Both the position numbers and the translations under genes were made by a program. This document shows positions 19,130 through 28,423 of a stretch of 64,000 nucleotides of DNA, one piece after another. Every line of letters starts with the position of its first letter. The stretch's first letter is position 1. The notes beneath the pieces are model-generated. The model made no database searches. It was given only the letters and a program-made list of their open reading frames with translations, and was not told where the DNA came from. This DNA is from Gemmatimonadota bacterium (GTDB taxonomy: Bacteria; Gemmatimonadota; Gemmatimonadetes; Palauibacterales; Palauibacteraceae), in contig JBDHAC010000010.1 of assembly GCA_039588275.1 (NCBI GenBank), forward strand, positions 32,001 to 96,000. The letters run 5' to 3'.

Positions 19130-20788
19130 TCAGCCGACGAGCCCCAGCTCGGCCAGGTGCGCGAGCGCCTGCTCGACGGACCATGCTACCGTCTGATGCG
19201 TGCTGACCACGCCGAGCTGCGATCGGGTATCTTCCGAGGGAGCTTCCCAGCGCTCGGCGGCAGCCTCGTAGATCGCCCAATCGGCGTCCGAGGCCCCTCC
19301 CCTGCGCCCCGCGATGTGCGCGTGCACGATTTCGGGCGGCGCGTCGCACAGGAGGAACACCCCCGGCACCCCGTGCTCCGCGGCCAGGTCCAGCAAGGTG
19401 CGCCGTCGCGCGTCCTCGCGGAAGCTCGCGTCCACGATCACGCGCTCTCCGTCGAAAAGCCGCTGCTTCGTTTCCTCGACGAGCGCCGCGTAGGTACGCT
19501 CGTTCCACTCGGGCGTGTAGATCCCCTCCCCGAAATCCGCCGCGCCCGAGGTCGTTGGATCGAGGCCCGCGAGTCCCTTCCGCGTCCTGTCCGATGAGAG
19601 CACGGTGAGCCCGAGGCGAATAGCCAGCGCGTCGGCGAGCGTCGACTTGCCCGTGCCGGGGAGCCCGCCGACCAGGACCAGACCCGGGCGCCGCTCGGGC
19701 GGCTCGAGCTCGGACAGCGCGAGGAGCCAATGCGCCCGCGCGCTCCGGACCGCGGCCCTGCGCGACTTCTCGGGCACTTCGGGCCCTTCGGCCGCCATCC
19801 CCTCGACCTTCCCACGCACCGCGGCCCGGTACGCCGTGTAGAACCGCAGCAGCCCTTGTCCCTCGACATCTTCTGCGGCGTCGAAGTATGCGTCCGCGAA
19901 CACCTCGGCGAGGTCGCGGCGCCCGCGAAACCCGAGGTCCATGGCCAGAAACGCCATGTCCGCCACCGGGTCCGCGAAACGGAAGCGCTCATTGAACTCG
20001 ATGCAGTCGATGATCACCAGGTCCCCGGGGGGTTCCTGTTCCGGGAACAGGTATACGTGCTCCAGGTGGAGATCGCCGTGCGTGTCTCTGGGCACGTCGG
20101 ACTCGGCACGTCCCTCGATCAGCGGGCGGAGCCTGCGGAGTTCCCTCTCGAGCGCCTCCGTCATCCGTCCGTGAACGGTGGCACTCAAGGTGGTCCCGAT
20201 ATGGGCGCGCGATTGGTCGAGGTTCTCGCGGGCGTTGCCGGCCACCGTCTCGAACCGGCCCCAGCGGCTGACCTCGGGACCCGAATGAGCCTCGGCATGA
20301 AACCGGGCCAGGCGACGGCCCAGCACCGCCACGTGATAGTCGCGCAGGGCACCCTCCAAGACCCACGCCAGCAGCCTCGCGTCGTCGGGCAACCGCCGCA
20401 TCTTGACCGCGTACTCGACAGCTTTGCCCTCCTCTGCTTCGCCCTCCTCCGCTTGGCCCTCGACAGCTTCCCGGCCGGCCGCGGGTTCGTCGAACCGCTC
20501 ACGCACTCCGAGGCCGTCGGGCGTCTCCACGATCGGGACGACGCCGAGGTACACATCCGGCGCCAGTCGGCGATTGAGCCGCACCTCTTCATGACAGTAG
20601 TGGCGTCGGAGTGCGAGCGTGGTGAAGTCGAGGAACCCGAGCTCGACGGGCTTCTTCACCTTGTACGCGGAGGACCCGGCGAGGAAGACGACCGAGATGT
20701 GAGTCTGGTGCACTTCCACGTCCGAGACCGGGTGCTCATAGGCATCCGGACTGGAGCAGGCTTCGATGATCCGCGTCAGCTCCGACAT
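19130..20788 (-). CDS. Bifunctional aminoglycoside-phosphotransferase-like kinase + AAA_33 P-loop kinase
   Basis: QTHISVVFL, YKVKKPVELGFLDFT, HGDLHLEH, IDCIEFNERFR, GLPGTGKST, SDRTRK, DASF. Confidence 0.92.
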   Translation of the reverse strand: MSELTRIIEACSSPDAYEHPVSDVEVHQTHISVVFLAGSSAYKVKKPVELGFLDFTTLALRRHYCHEEVRLNRRLAPDVYLGVVPIVETPDGLGVRERFDEPAAGREAVEGQAEEGEAEEGKAVEYAVKMRRLPDDARLLAWVLEGALRDYHVAVLGRRLARFHAEAHSGPEVSRWGRFETVAGNARENLDQSRAHIGTTLSATVHGRMTEALERELRRLRPLIEGRAESDVPRDTHGDLHLEHVYLFPEQEPPGDLVIIDCIEFNERFRFADPVADMAFLAMDLGFRGRRDLAEVFADAYFDAAEDVEGQGLLRFYTAYRAAVRGKVEGMAAEGPEVPEKSRRAAVRSARAHWLLALSELEPPERRPGLVLVGGLPGTGKSTLADALAIRLGLTVLSSDRTRKGLAGLDPTTSGAADFGEGIYTPEWNERTYAALVEETKQRLFDGERVIVDASFREDARRRTLLDLAAEHGVPGVFLLCDAPPEIVHAHIAGRRGGASDADWAIYEAAAERWEAPSEDTRSQLGVVSTHQTVAWSVEQALAHLAELGLVG

Positions 20789-20812
20789 GACTCGCCCGCG
20801 CATCGTATGTGA

Positions 20813-21559
20813 TCAAAGATAACGCTGCAGGAGAAGCATCCCGACCAGGCACAGCGACAGGAGTATCCCGACCGGGGCGCGCCTGCCGTGCTCGTACGAC
20901 TCGGGGAGCAACTCCAGCAACACCATCAGCACCATCGCACCGGCGGCGAACCCGAGCGCGTACGGTAGCGAAGGTCTGAACGCCTCGACGAACACGAAGG
21001 CGGGCACCGCCATCAGCGGCTGCGGGATCGAGGAGAACACGCTCCAGCCCGCGCATGCCGCGATGCTCCGACCCCGCGGCCGAAGGACCGCGCTGATCGC
21101 GAGCCCCTCCGGGATATTGTGGACCGCGATCGCGATCGTCACGAACGCCGCCAGCGTCAGTCCGCCCGCGAATGCCGCGCCGACGGCCACCCCCTCCGCG
21201 AACGAGTGCACCGCCATCACGATCACGATCAACAGCATCTTGCGGGCTCCCTCGCCACGCACCGAGCCGAACTCGATGTCGCGCTCGTCGAGCCACCGCC
21301 TGGTGCCGAGGATAAAGAGGACGCCGACGTTGGCACCCACGAACGGCTGCCATGCACCGTACTCCGTTCCCTCGGCGAGCAGGCCGAAGCTGGCCCCCAG
21401 CATGAGGCCGGACGCGATCGCATTCGCGTACGCCACCGCCCCGGTGGTGACCCGTCGCAGGAAGGCGAACGGGAGCGCTCCGAGACCGGTCGCCAGAGCG
21501 GTCACCGTGGCCCACAGCAGGACGCGAAGAACCTCCGACGTCTCGGGACCCGCGGTCAT
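20813..21559 (-). CDS. ZIP-family metal transporter (ZupT/GufA-like), copy 2
   Basis: TALATGLGALP, ASGLMLGAS, HSFAEG, HNIPEG, GFAAGAM, ELLPE. Confidence 0.9.
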   Translation of the reverse strand: MTAGPETSEVLRVLLWATVTALATGLGALPFAFLRRVTTGAVAYANAIASGLMLGASFGLLAEGTEYGAWQPFVGANVGVLFILGTRRWLDERDIEFGSVRGEGARKMLLIVIVMAVHSFAEGVAVGAAFAGGLTLAAFVTIAIAVHNIPEGLAISAVLRPRGRSIAACAGWSVFSSIPQPLMAVPAFVFVEAFRPSLPYALGFAAGAMVLMVLLELLPESYEHGRRAPVGILLSLCLVGMLLLQRYL

Positions 21560-22293
21560 GGCAGCAGGACGCGCAGCAGCGCAACCGCGCTCATGGCTAC
21601 GGCGGCCGTGACGCCGATCCCCACCTCGTGCGCCTGCGTGTAGGCTTCGGGGAGGAGCTCGACCACGGTCAGATAGATGATGGCACCAACCGCGAAGCCG
21701 AGGGTGGGAGGAAGGATGACGGGCGCCGCGAGTAGCACCGCGTACGTCGCCACCGCCATGAGCGGTTGGCTCACGTCGGTAAGCACCGAAAGCGCGGCCG
21801 CCCGCCTCAGCGAAACGCCCCGGGGCACGAGTACGGAGCAGAGCGCCGTCGCTTCGGCCACGTTGTGAACCGCGAACGCCAGCGCCATGAAGATGCCGAG
21901 GCGGAGCTCGAGAAACATCGCCACGCCGATCGCGATCCCCTCCGAAGCCGAGTGGAGGCTGTTGACCACCACCACCTTGTAGCCGTACTCGGGGGACATC
22001 TCATCCGTGAGGTTGAGCTGCAGGTCGGAGGTTCCTCCAAAGGCGTGGGACCCGTACACGAACAGGATGCCGAGCACGGCCCCCGCGGCCCCGGGCGCCG
22101 CAGGGCCCGTCAGCCCTTCGCTCACGAGGATGTACGCCGCCCCCAGCATGAGTCCCGCAGCCAGCGCGTTCGCGAAACCGATCAGCGCCGTGGACGGGCG
22201 ACGACCGAACGCCCACGGGCCCACACCCAAGGCGGCGGCCGCGGCCGCGATCGAGCCGTACAGGAGCGTCGCGAGCGTCCGGTCTACGGGCAT
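21556..22293 (-). CDS. ZIP-family metal transporter, copy 1 (degenerate motifs)
   Basis: AAGLMLGA, HSASEG, HNVAEA, ELLPEA; ATGA overlap with the next gene. Confidence 0.85.
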   Translation of the reverse strand: MPVDRTLATLLYGSIAAAAAALGVGPWAFGRRPSTALIGFANALAAGLMLGAAYILVSEGLTGPAAPGAAGAVLGILFVYGSHAFGGTSDLQLNLTDEMSPEYGYKVVVVNSLHSASEGIAIGVAMFLELRLGIFMALAFAVHNVAEATALCSVLVPRGVSLRRAAALSVLTDVSQPLMAVATYAVLLAAPVILPPTLGFAVGAIIYLTVVELLPEAYTQAHEVGIGVTAAVAMSAVALLRVLLP

Positions 22294-22320
22294 GATCCCT
22301 CGCTGGTCCGCTCCACCCGG

Positions 22321-24621
22321 TTAGTGGGGCTCACCGATGACCTCGAGTGCCTTCTCCAATAGCTCGTCTCGACCGTCGATGACTCCCTGCAGCGTTCGAC
22401 GCACCGGCACCGTCGGCTGAATGCCGACGAGGTGGTGCTGGGAACCGTCGTGTTTCACCACCTTCATTCCGGTCCAGGTGACGCGGAACCCGCCGGGCAG
22501 CGCCATCGGATTCGCGTTCCCGTTGGTTCCGGCCGTAGGCTGCCCAACGATCTCCGCCAGGCCATAGCCTTCGATGAAGCCCATAAAGGACTCGGCGTAG
22601 CTGATGGCTCTTCCATCGGTTATGAAGACGACCTTCCCGCCGATATGTGGCTTTCGCGCGGGAAGTCGCCAACCGTGATTCTGATAGCCGGCGATGTTCG
22701 CCCGGTCGGGGTAAATGATTTGCGGAACCCTCATCCAGGCGCCGGACGTGTCCGGGGACGCCAGCAGGTGACTGATGACCTCGTGGTTGCCGTTCGGGTA
22801 GCCGCGTAGATCGAAGATGACGCCCGGGGCCGAAGCCAGCTCCTGGATCCTCGCGCTGATCTCCGACATTTCCGCTTTGTCCAGGTCCACGTAGAAGACG
22901 CCGTCATCCAGTGCTTCGATGTCGGCGCGCTCGAACTCGGAAAGGGCTGGATCGAGCTGCTGCCTTTCGACCTCTACGTGCAGCTCTTCGCCTGCACGCA
23001 GGATCGTCAGCCCGACGAGCCCTCCAATCTCCCCCGAGCCCAGGGCTCGCAGGGCCTTGACCCGCTTCCACTGTGGAGATCCGGAGATGTACTCCTCCGC
23101 CTCGGCGAGGGCCCGTGTCGCGTCCACGCCGTCGACTCCAACCACGACATCGCCACGTCGGATCGTTTCGACCAGCGGTTTCGTCACGACAATCTCGTCC
23201 TCGACCCAGTCCAGAAGCAGAGGCAGCCGACCCTGCTGCGAGTAGTCGGGGTGCGACACGTTCCCGTGCCCGTCCTGGAGGCTCGCCACGAGCCTGCCCA
23301 GCGTCAGGAAGAAGTCCTCACCCCCGCTGTCGTCGAGCGCGTCCTGGAGGGCGCGCGTCAGTTCCGCATCCCAATCCACTCTTACGACATCGAAGTAGGG
23401 ATAGAAATGCTGAAAGACGTTCCAGGCGATGACCACGTCGCCCAACCGCACATCCTCCTCGTCTGCGGAAAGCTCTCTCAGGTGGACGGTCTCGAGGCGC
23501 GCCGTGAGTGCCTCGACCGAATACTCGGTGGTCGGTCCCCAGGTTGACGCACTGTCGCCCAGGAGTGCGAGCGGTATCCGGCACGAGAGTCCAGCTCCCA
23601 GCTCTCTCTGTATCACCTCGCCGAGTTCCGGATGTGCCGCAAACAAGGGGAGAGAAACGACCAAGTGTTCGCTGTCGATCAAGAGGGCACGATCACCGCG
23701 ATACCGATCGCTCGACGTCACTTCGTACCGATACCCGGGGCTCGGCGTGAACCACTGCGACGGTGGTTCGCCCTCTTCTCCTTCTTCGAATCCCGGGTTG
23801 CCGATCTCGATCGATTGCCATTCGCCGGCTTCGTTCCGGGTCAGGAGCTCGAAGTCATCCAGAAACAGCGGACCCCGCCCGACGAGGAACCCCCCGAACG
23901 CGACGCGCTCGGCGTCGTCTGCGATCGTTCCGTCGATCTCGTAGGCACCCCATTCGCCCGAGGTGATCGGCCGGTCCCGCATGTTATCGAAGAAGCCCCT
24001 CTGGCCTCCGGGCCGATCCACGCGGAGCCAGAGCTGGGCCTGGCCGCCGCTGGCCGGGACGTCGACTCGCGCGAACGCTCTCAGCCGAACCGGCTTGCCC
24101 CGATGTGGGGCGGCTTGCACGGCTTGGGTTATCGTGCCGAACGCTCTAGGGGTGACCTCGATAGCCCGGTTGAGACGCTTACTCCGGTAGATGGAGCCCT
24201 GCCCGCCCAGGTGTACACCGAGATGTTGCCAGGCCACCAGGTCGAGCCCCGCAGTGTCCCGCGGCATGAGCGTGACCGGGGGCGGCTCGTGTGCGGTGGT
24301 GTAGATTCGAGCCGTCGGTGCGATGGGCCGGAACAGCTCACGTAGCGTACCGAGCAGCTCCTCGCGTGAGTTGGCCCCCTTTACTCGCCCAGCACCGTAG
24401 ATCGCGAGCCGATCCCAGTCGATGGCGCTCGCTTCCTCGCTCGGATGGAAGAAGCGTACGTAGCCGTAGAGCTTCGCGAAGGCTCGTAGATTCTCTACCT
24501 CCCGGCCGGCTCGAGGCTCCTGGCCGGCTCGAGGCTCCTGGCCGGCGTAGAACGCCAGCGCGGCGGGGAGCGCGGCGCACAACAGGAGCCGCCTCATCGT
24601 TTTCGGACGATTCCACGACAT
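22321..24621 (-). CDS. S41-family secreted peptidase with an inserted CBM-like jelly-roll domain and a PDZ-like region
   Basis: GAGGAGG RBS; LYGYVRFFHPS, WNVFQHFYPY, LQDGH, IFDLRGYP, AISYAES, GQPTAGTNGN, GIQP. Confidence 0.9.
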   Translation of the reverse strand: MSWNRPKTMRRLLLCAALPAALAFYAGQEPRAGQEPRAGREVENLRAFAKLYGYVRFFHPSEEASAIDWDRLAIYGAGRVKGANSREELLGTLRELFRPIAPTARIYTTAHEPPPVTLMPRDTAGLDLVAWQHLGVHLGGQGSIYRSKRLNRAIEVTPRAFGTITQAVQAAPHRGKPVRLRAFARVDVPASGGQAQLWLRVDRPGGQRGFFDNMRDRPITSGEWGAYEIDGTIADDAERVAFGGFLVGRGPLFLDDFELLTRNEAGEWQSIEIGNPGFEEGEEGEPPSQWFTPSPGYRYEVTSSDRYRGDRALLIDSEHLVVSLPLFAAHPELGEVIQRELGAGLSCRIPLALLGDSASTWGPTTEYSVEALTARLETVHLRELSADEEDVRLGDVVIAWNVFQHFYPYFDVVRVDWDAELTRALQDALDDSGGEDFFLTLGRLVASLQDGHGNVSHPDYSQQGRLPLLLDWVEDEIVVTKPLVETIRRGDVVVGVDGVDATRALAEAEEYISGSPQWKRVKALRALGSGEIGGLVGLTILRAGEELHVEVERQQLDPALSEFERADIEALDDGVFYVDLDKAEMSEISARIQELASAPGVIFDLRGYPNGNHEVISHLLASPDTSGAWMRVPQIIYPDRANIAGYQNHGWRLPARKPHIGGKVVFITDGRAISYAESFMGFIEGYGLAEIVGQPTAGTNGNANPMALPGGFRVTWTGMKVVKHDGSQHHLVGIQPTVPVRRTLQGVIDGRDELLEKALEVIGEPH
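24504..24546. repeat. Exact in-frame 18-bp tandem duplication (GQEPRA x2)
   Basis: GGCCGGCTCGAGGCTCCT at 24504 and 24522. Confidence 0.9.
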
Positions 24622-24819
24622 CGGGGCCTCCTCTCGAGGCAGCTAAGGCCACGGTCGCCTGCAGCGTTACGGACCGGACGCGCATCGGCAAGGGGCAGCG
24701 GCTAATTCGGCTCACACGGGGTATTCCCCGCCCGGAGTTCGTATATTCTTCCACGGTCCCACGGGGGCCCTGCCCCGAGTAAACCATCCGAGAGCGTACG
24801 CGCGAATGGATCAGGCAGA

Positions 24820-25620
24820 ATGAGGATCAATCCGAAGCTCTGTGTCGGGTGTGGCAACTGCGTGGCCGTGTGCCCCATGGCGGCCATTTCGATCGACCCC
24901 GCCACCGAACGGGCGACCGTGGACCACTCCGAATGCGTGGAGTGCTTCGCGTGCTACCGCAACATGAGCACCGAGGGGCTGAATCCCACGCTCGTCCGCG
25001 GCGTGCGCAAGCTTCTCCGTTTCGCGCGTGTCCGCTTCGATCCAGAGCCCGACGTGTGTCCCACCTCCGCCATCGAGCCGGAAGAGCTCACGTGGCCTCG
25101 AACCGTCCGCCGCGCCTTCAGCGATACGCAGGCGCCACACGAAGAGACCGGCGTGCATGGCCGCGGCACGGAGGAAGTCAAGACGAATGACGTCACGGGC
25201 CGGGTACGGGAGGGCGACGCGGGCTTTGTCGTCGAGTTGGGTCGACCCGCGGTCGGGGTCTGGTTCCGTGACATCGAACGGGTCACGCGCCACCTCGCCG
25301 CGACCGGCGTGACATTCGAGAGCAACAACCCCGTGACCGGCCTCATGGTGGACACCGCTTCCGGTACCCTGAACCCGGACGTCCTGGGAGAGAAGGCCAT
25401 GTCGGCCATCGTCGAGTTCAAGGTCGGATTCGACGAGGTTCCGCGCGTGCTGCGCGCGCTGGAGGAAGTCGCGAAGCGGATCGACACCGTGATGGCGGTC
25501 GGGGCATCGGGGCGGTGTGACGGAAACGGAGACAGTCCTCTCCAGCGTGTGCTGGCGGGCTCCGGGTACATGCCCATCCGCGCGAAGACCAACCTCGGCC
25601 TGGGACATCTGTCAACATGA
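24820..25620 (+). CDS. 2x[4Fe-4S] dicluster protein with a C-terminal domain of unknown function
   Basis: CVGCGNCVAVCP and CVECFAC...CP; GRGTEEVKTNDVTGR. Confidence 0.88.
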   Translation: MRINPKLCVGCGNCVAVCPMAAISIDPATERATVDHSECVECFACYRNMSTEGLNPTLVRGVRKLLRFARVRFDPEPDVCPTSAIEPEELTWPRTVRRAFSDTQAPHEETGVHGRGTEEVKTNDVTGRVREGDAGFVVELGRPAVGVWFRDIERVTRHLAATGVTFESNNPVTGLMVDTASGTLNPDVLGEKAMSAIVEFKVGFDEVPRVLRALEEVAKRIDTVMAVGASGRCDGNGDSPLQRVLAGSGYMPIRAKTNLGLGHLST

Positions 25621-26294
25621 CCCACACGCTCCATCGATCCGGATCCGCGGAAGACCAGAGGGACGACTTCCTCGTCCTCGCCATGCCTGCGAGCGGTTTC
25701 GACTCCGAGCTCGCGGTCGAGAAGCAGAAGGAGTTCCTGCGGCGCGCGCTTCGCCACGGCCCGGTAAACATCGGTGATACCGCTCACCACGGTTGGCACC
25801 ACGCCAGAAGGAAGCTGAGACCCACCGTTCACTGGCGGCGCGATTCGACCCCGCGCCCGGAAGAAGTGATCGACGCCGTGGACGCGCCATCACCGGTCAC
25901 CGCCGTGTTCGACAACTACGAATCGATGCGCGCATTCGTAGAGGAGTTGCGAGACGCCGACCTCGGGTTGTCCATCAACGTGAGCGCCCTCACGGCCGTG
26001 GCGGAGGAATGCTGCAACTCGGTCGGGATCGCGCGGCACAGCGTGGAATACTCATTGGGGTTCTTCGGTCGAATCGAGTGCCTGCCCGATGCCACGGCGC
26101 TACGCCTGTGTACGATGTGTGGCCACGGAATGATCAGTCACGCGCTGGCGCAAAAGATGATCTCTCGGGTAAGGAACGGGCGACGGACGCCGGGGGAAGC
26201 GAGTGTCTGCCTGGCTCGCTTCTGTAACTGCGGAGCCTTCAACCCGCGCCGGGCCGCCCGCATCCTCGAAGGAGCATCCGTGGGTGGAGGGTAG
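25617..26294 (+). CDS. Cys-rich hypothetical partner of the Fe-S protein
   Basis: ATGA overlap; MTHTLHR, ECC, CTMCGHGM, CNCGAFNP. Confidence 0.82.
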   Translation: MTHTLHRSGSAEDQRDDFLVLAMPASGFDSELAVEKQKEFLRRALRHGPVNIGDTAHHGWHHARRKLRPTVHWRRDSTPRPEEVIDAVDAPSPVTAVFDNYESMRAFVEELRDADLGLSINVSALTAVAEECCNSVGIARHSVEYSLGFFGRIECLPDATALRLCTMCGHGMISHALAQKMISRVRNGRRTPGEASVCLARFCNCGAFNPRRAARILEGASVGGG

Positions 26295-26366
26295 AGCGTG
26301 GTCGTCGACGCGAGAACGAGCCGACGGGGCGGGAAAGAGCGGGCGGATACAACGGAGGAAAGAACA

Positions 26367-27170
26367 TTGAAGCATAGACAAAGTCGACGGTGCGCGGTTC
26401 GCGGCTCGATTCTCGCGGCCACGCTGGCCCCGCTGGCAATTGCGGCGTGCAGCTCGATCACGAGCCGGGATTGCTGTTCGGCCGAGGTGCGCGAGGACTT
26501 CCGATTCGATCTGGACGCTACGAGCCGGTCACGCTTTCGTGTCAACGCTATTGATGGTCGAGTACTCGTGATCATCTCCTCGGGTGAGGACTTCATCGTT
26601 CGAGGCCAGAAGCGCGTCGGTGGGACCGATCAGGCCGATGCAGAAGCTCACCTCGCCAACCTCACGATCCAGATTACCGAGCAGGCCGAAGAAATCGTTG
26701 TGACATCGATCCACCCGCGCACGGACGGGCGGCCGTACGTCGTCGACTATACCCTGGAGGTGCCCGCTCGGCTCGTGCCTGAGATCTCGACCGTCAATGG
26801 AGACGTAACGATCGAGGGTGTGGAAGCCGGTCTAGCCGTGCAGATCATAAACGGCGCGGTCACTCTAAGGGACATCGTGGGCAGTAGTGAGGTGGACGTG
26901 ATCAATGGCAGCATTGTCGCGCAGGTCCGTATCCGGGACGACGAGCTGATCCGCCTGGATGGTCTGAATGGAGACGTCTCGCTCTCGATCCCAGCGGACA
27001 CGAACGCTCAGCTCGAGGCGACGGCCGGGAATGGAACGGTGACCGTCACCAATCTCACGCTCACGAACGAGCTCATTACGAGCAACGTGGTGACGGGCAC
27101 GATCGGAACGGGCGCCGGAAGCATCATGTTGAACGCCGACAACGGTAACATCACGCTCACCGGGTTCTAG
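26367..27170 (+). CDS. DUF4097-family beta-strand repeat lipoprotein
   Basis: GGAGG then TTG; lipobox IAAC; repeated xxNGxV/I motifs (TVNGDV, IINGAV, VINGSI, GLNGDV). Confidence 0.82.
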   Translation: MKHRQSRRCAVRGSILAATLAPLAIAACSSITSRDCCSAEVREDFRFDLDATSRSRFRVNAIDGRVLVIISSGEDFIVRGQKRVGGTDQADAEAHLANLTIQITEQAEEIVVTSIHPRTDGRPYVVDYTLEVPARLVPEISTVNGDVTIEGVEAGLAVQIINGAVTLRDIVGSSEVDVINGSIVAQVRIRDDELIRLDGLNGDVSLSIPADTNAQLEATAGNGTVTVTNLTLTNELITSNVVTGTIGTGAGSIMLNADNGNITLTGF

Positions 27171-27199
27171 AGCCGCTCGCCCGCTGGCCGGGTCACCCC

Positions 27200-28381
27200 A
27201 TGAGAGTGCTTCTCCTGGGCGTCGGTATGCAGGGCAAGGCCGCGCTGCACGACCTGGTCAACAGTGAGTCGGTGCGCGAGGTGGTGGCCGCCGACCGCGA
27301 CGTTGGCGGTCTCGAGACGTACGTCGCGGAGCGAGGCTACGGCGGGGTGGTCCGCTGCGAGCCGTTTGATGCGACCGACGAGGCGGCTGTCGATCGCCTG
27401 ATGGAATCGGCGCCCGACGTGGCGATCGACCTCCTCCCCACTCCCCTCATGTCTGTCGTAGCGGCGTCCGCCGTCCGACACGGTATTCACCTGGTCAACA
27501 CGAATTACCTCACGCCGGAGATCCACGCGCTGCACGAGCCGGCGCTCGAGAACGACGTGACGCTTCTCCCGGAGTGCGGCATGGATCCAGGGCTGGATCT
27601 CGTCATGCTCGGGCACGCGGTTCGTTCTCTCGACCAGGTGACGGGGCTCCGAAGCTACGGGGCAGGGATCCCGGCCCGCGAAGCCGCCACGAACCCCCTC
27701 CGGTACAAGGTGAGCTGGACGCTCGAGGGCGTGCTGCGTGCCTACCGGCGGCCCGCGCATCTCATCCGGGATGGAGCTCGGGTGTCGATCGGTGGAGACG
27801 AGATCTTCCACGCCGAGAACGTGCATGAGATCGAGATCGAGGGATTGGGCCTGCTCGAGGCATATCCCAACGGTGACGCGCTTCAGTACCTCGATCCGCT
27901 CGGGCTCGACCGATCGCAGCTGGAGGACGTCGGACGCTTCACGATGCGGTGGCCTGGGCATTGCGCGTTCTGGCGTGCGCTCGTCGACCTGCATCTGTTG
28001 GATGAGGCACCCGTGGTCGTGGGAGGCATGCCCGTGGATCGGCTGGAGTACCTGACAGCCGCTCTCGAGCCTCGACTCCGGTACGCACCGGATGAGCGCG
28101 ATGTGGCCGTGCTCCGCGTCGAGGTCGAGGGGCTGCGGGCCGGCCTTCGAACGCTCGCGGTGTCGCAGGTGGTGGATGCGCGCGACCTCGAGACCGGGCT
28201 GACGGCGGTCAGTCGGCTGACCGGATTCACGGCCAGCGTCGGCGCTCAGATGATCGGCGGCGGTCTCATCACCCAGCGCGGATTACTGTCGCCTCTCACC
28301 GACCTACCGATGCGGCTCGTGTCGGAGGCGCTCGCCAAGCGGGGCATCCACGTCTCCTTCGAGCTGGGCGCGCTCGGCTGA
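27200..28381 (+). CDS. Saccharopine dehydrogenase-family oxidoreductase
   Basis: LLGVGMQG, CGMDPGL, YGAGIP, NPLRYKVSW, EAYPNGD, TMRWPGH. Confidence 0.9.
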   Translation: MRVLLLGVGMQGKAALHDLVNSESVREVVAADRDVGGLETYVAERGYGGVVRCEPFDATDEAAVDRLMESAPDVAIDLLPTPLMSVVAASAVRHGIHLVNTNYLTPEIHALHEPALENDVTLLPECGMDPGLDLVMLGHAVRSLDQVTGLRSYGAGIPAREAATNPLRYKVSWTLEGVLRAYRRPAHLIRDGARVSIGGDEIFHAENVHEIEIEGLGLLEAYPNGDALQYLDPLGLDRSQLEDVGRFTMRWPGHCAFWRALVDLHLLDEAPVVVGGMPVDRLEYLTAALEPRLRYAPDERDVAVLRVEVEGLRAGLRTLAVSQVVDARDLETGLTAVSRLTGFTASVGAQMIGGGLITQRGLLSPLTDLPMRLVSEALAKRGIHVSFELGALG

Positions 28382-28423
28382 CGTCGAGCTGCGAAGGCCG
28401 GCCGCTCACCGCAGCCCCCGGCA

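Noticed and set aside
19130..20788. APH-like kinase (and the class C beta-lactamase-like gene at 16114-17376) as resistance genes
   Set aside because: Both belong to broad enzyme families, and there is no mobile-element context.
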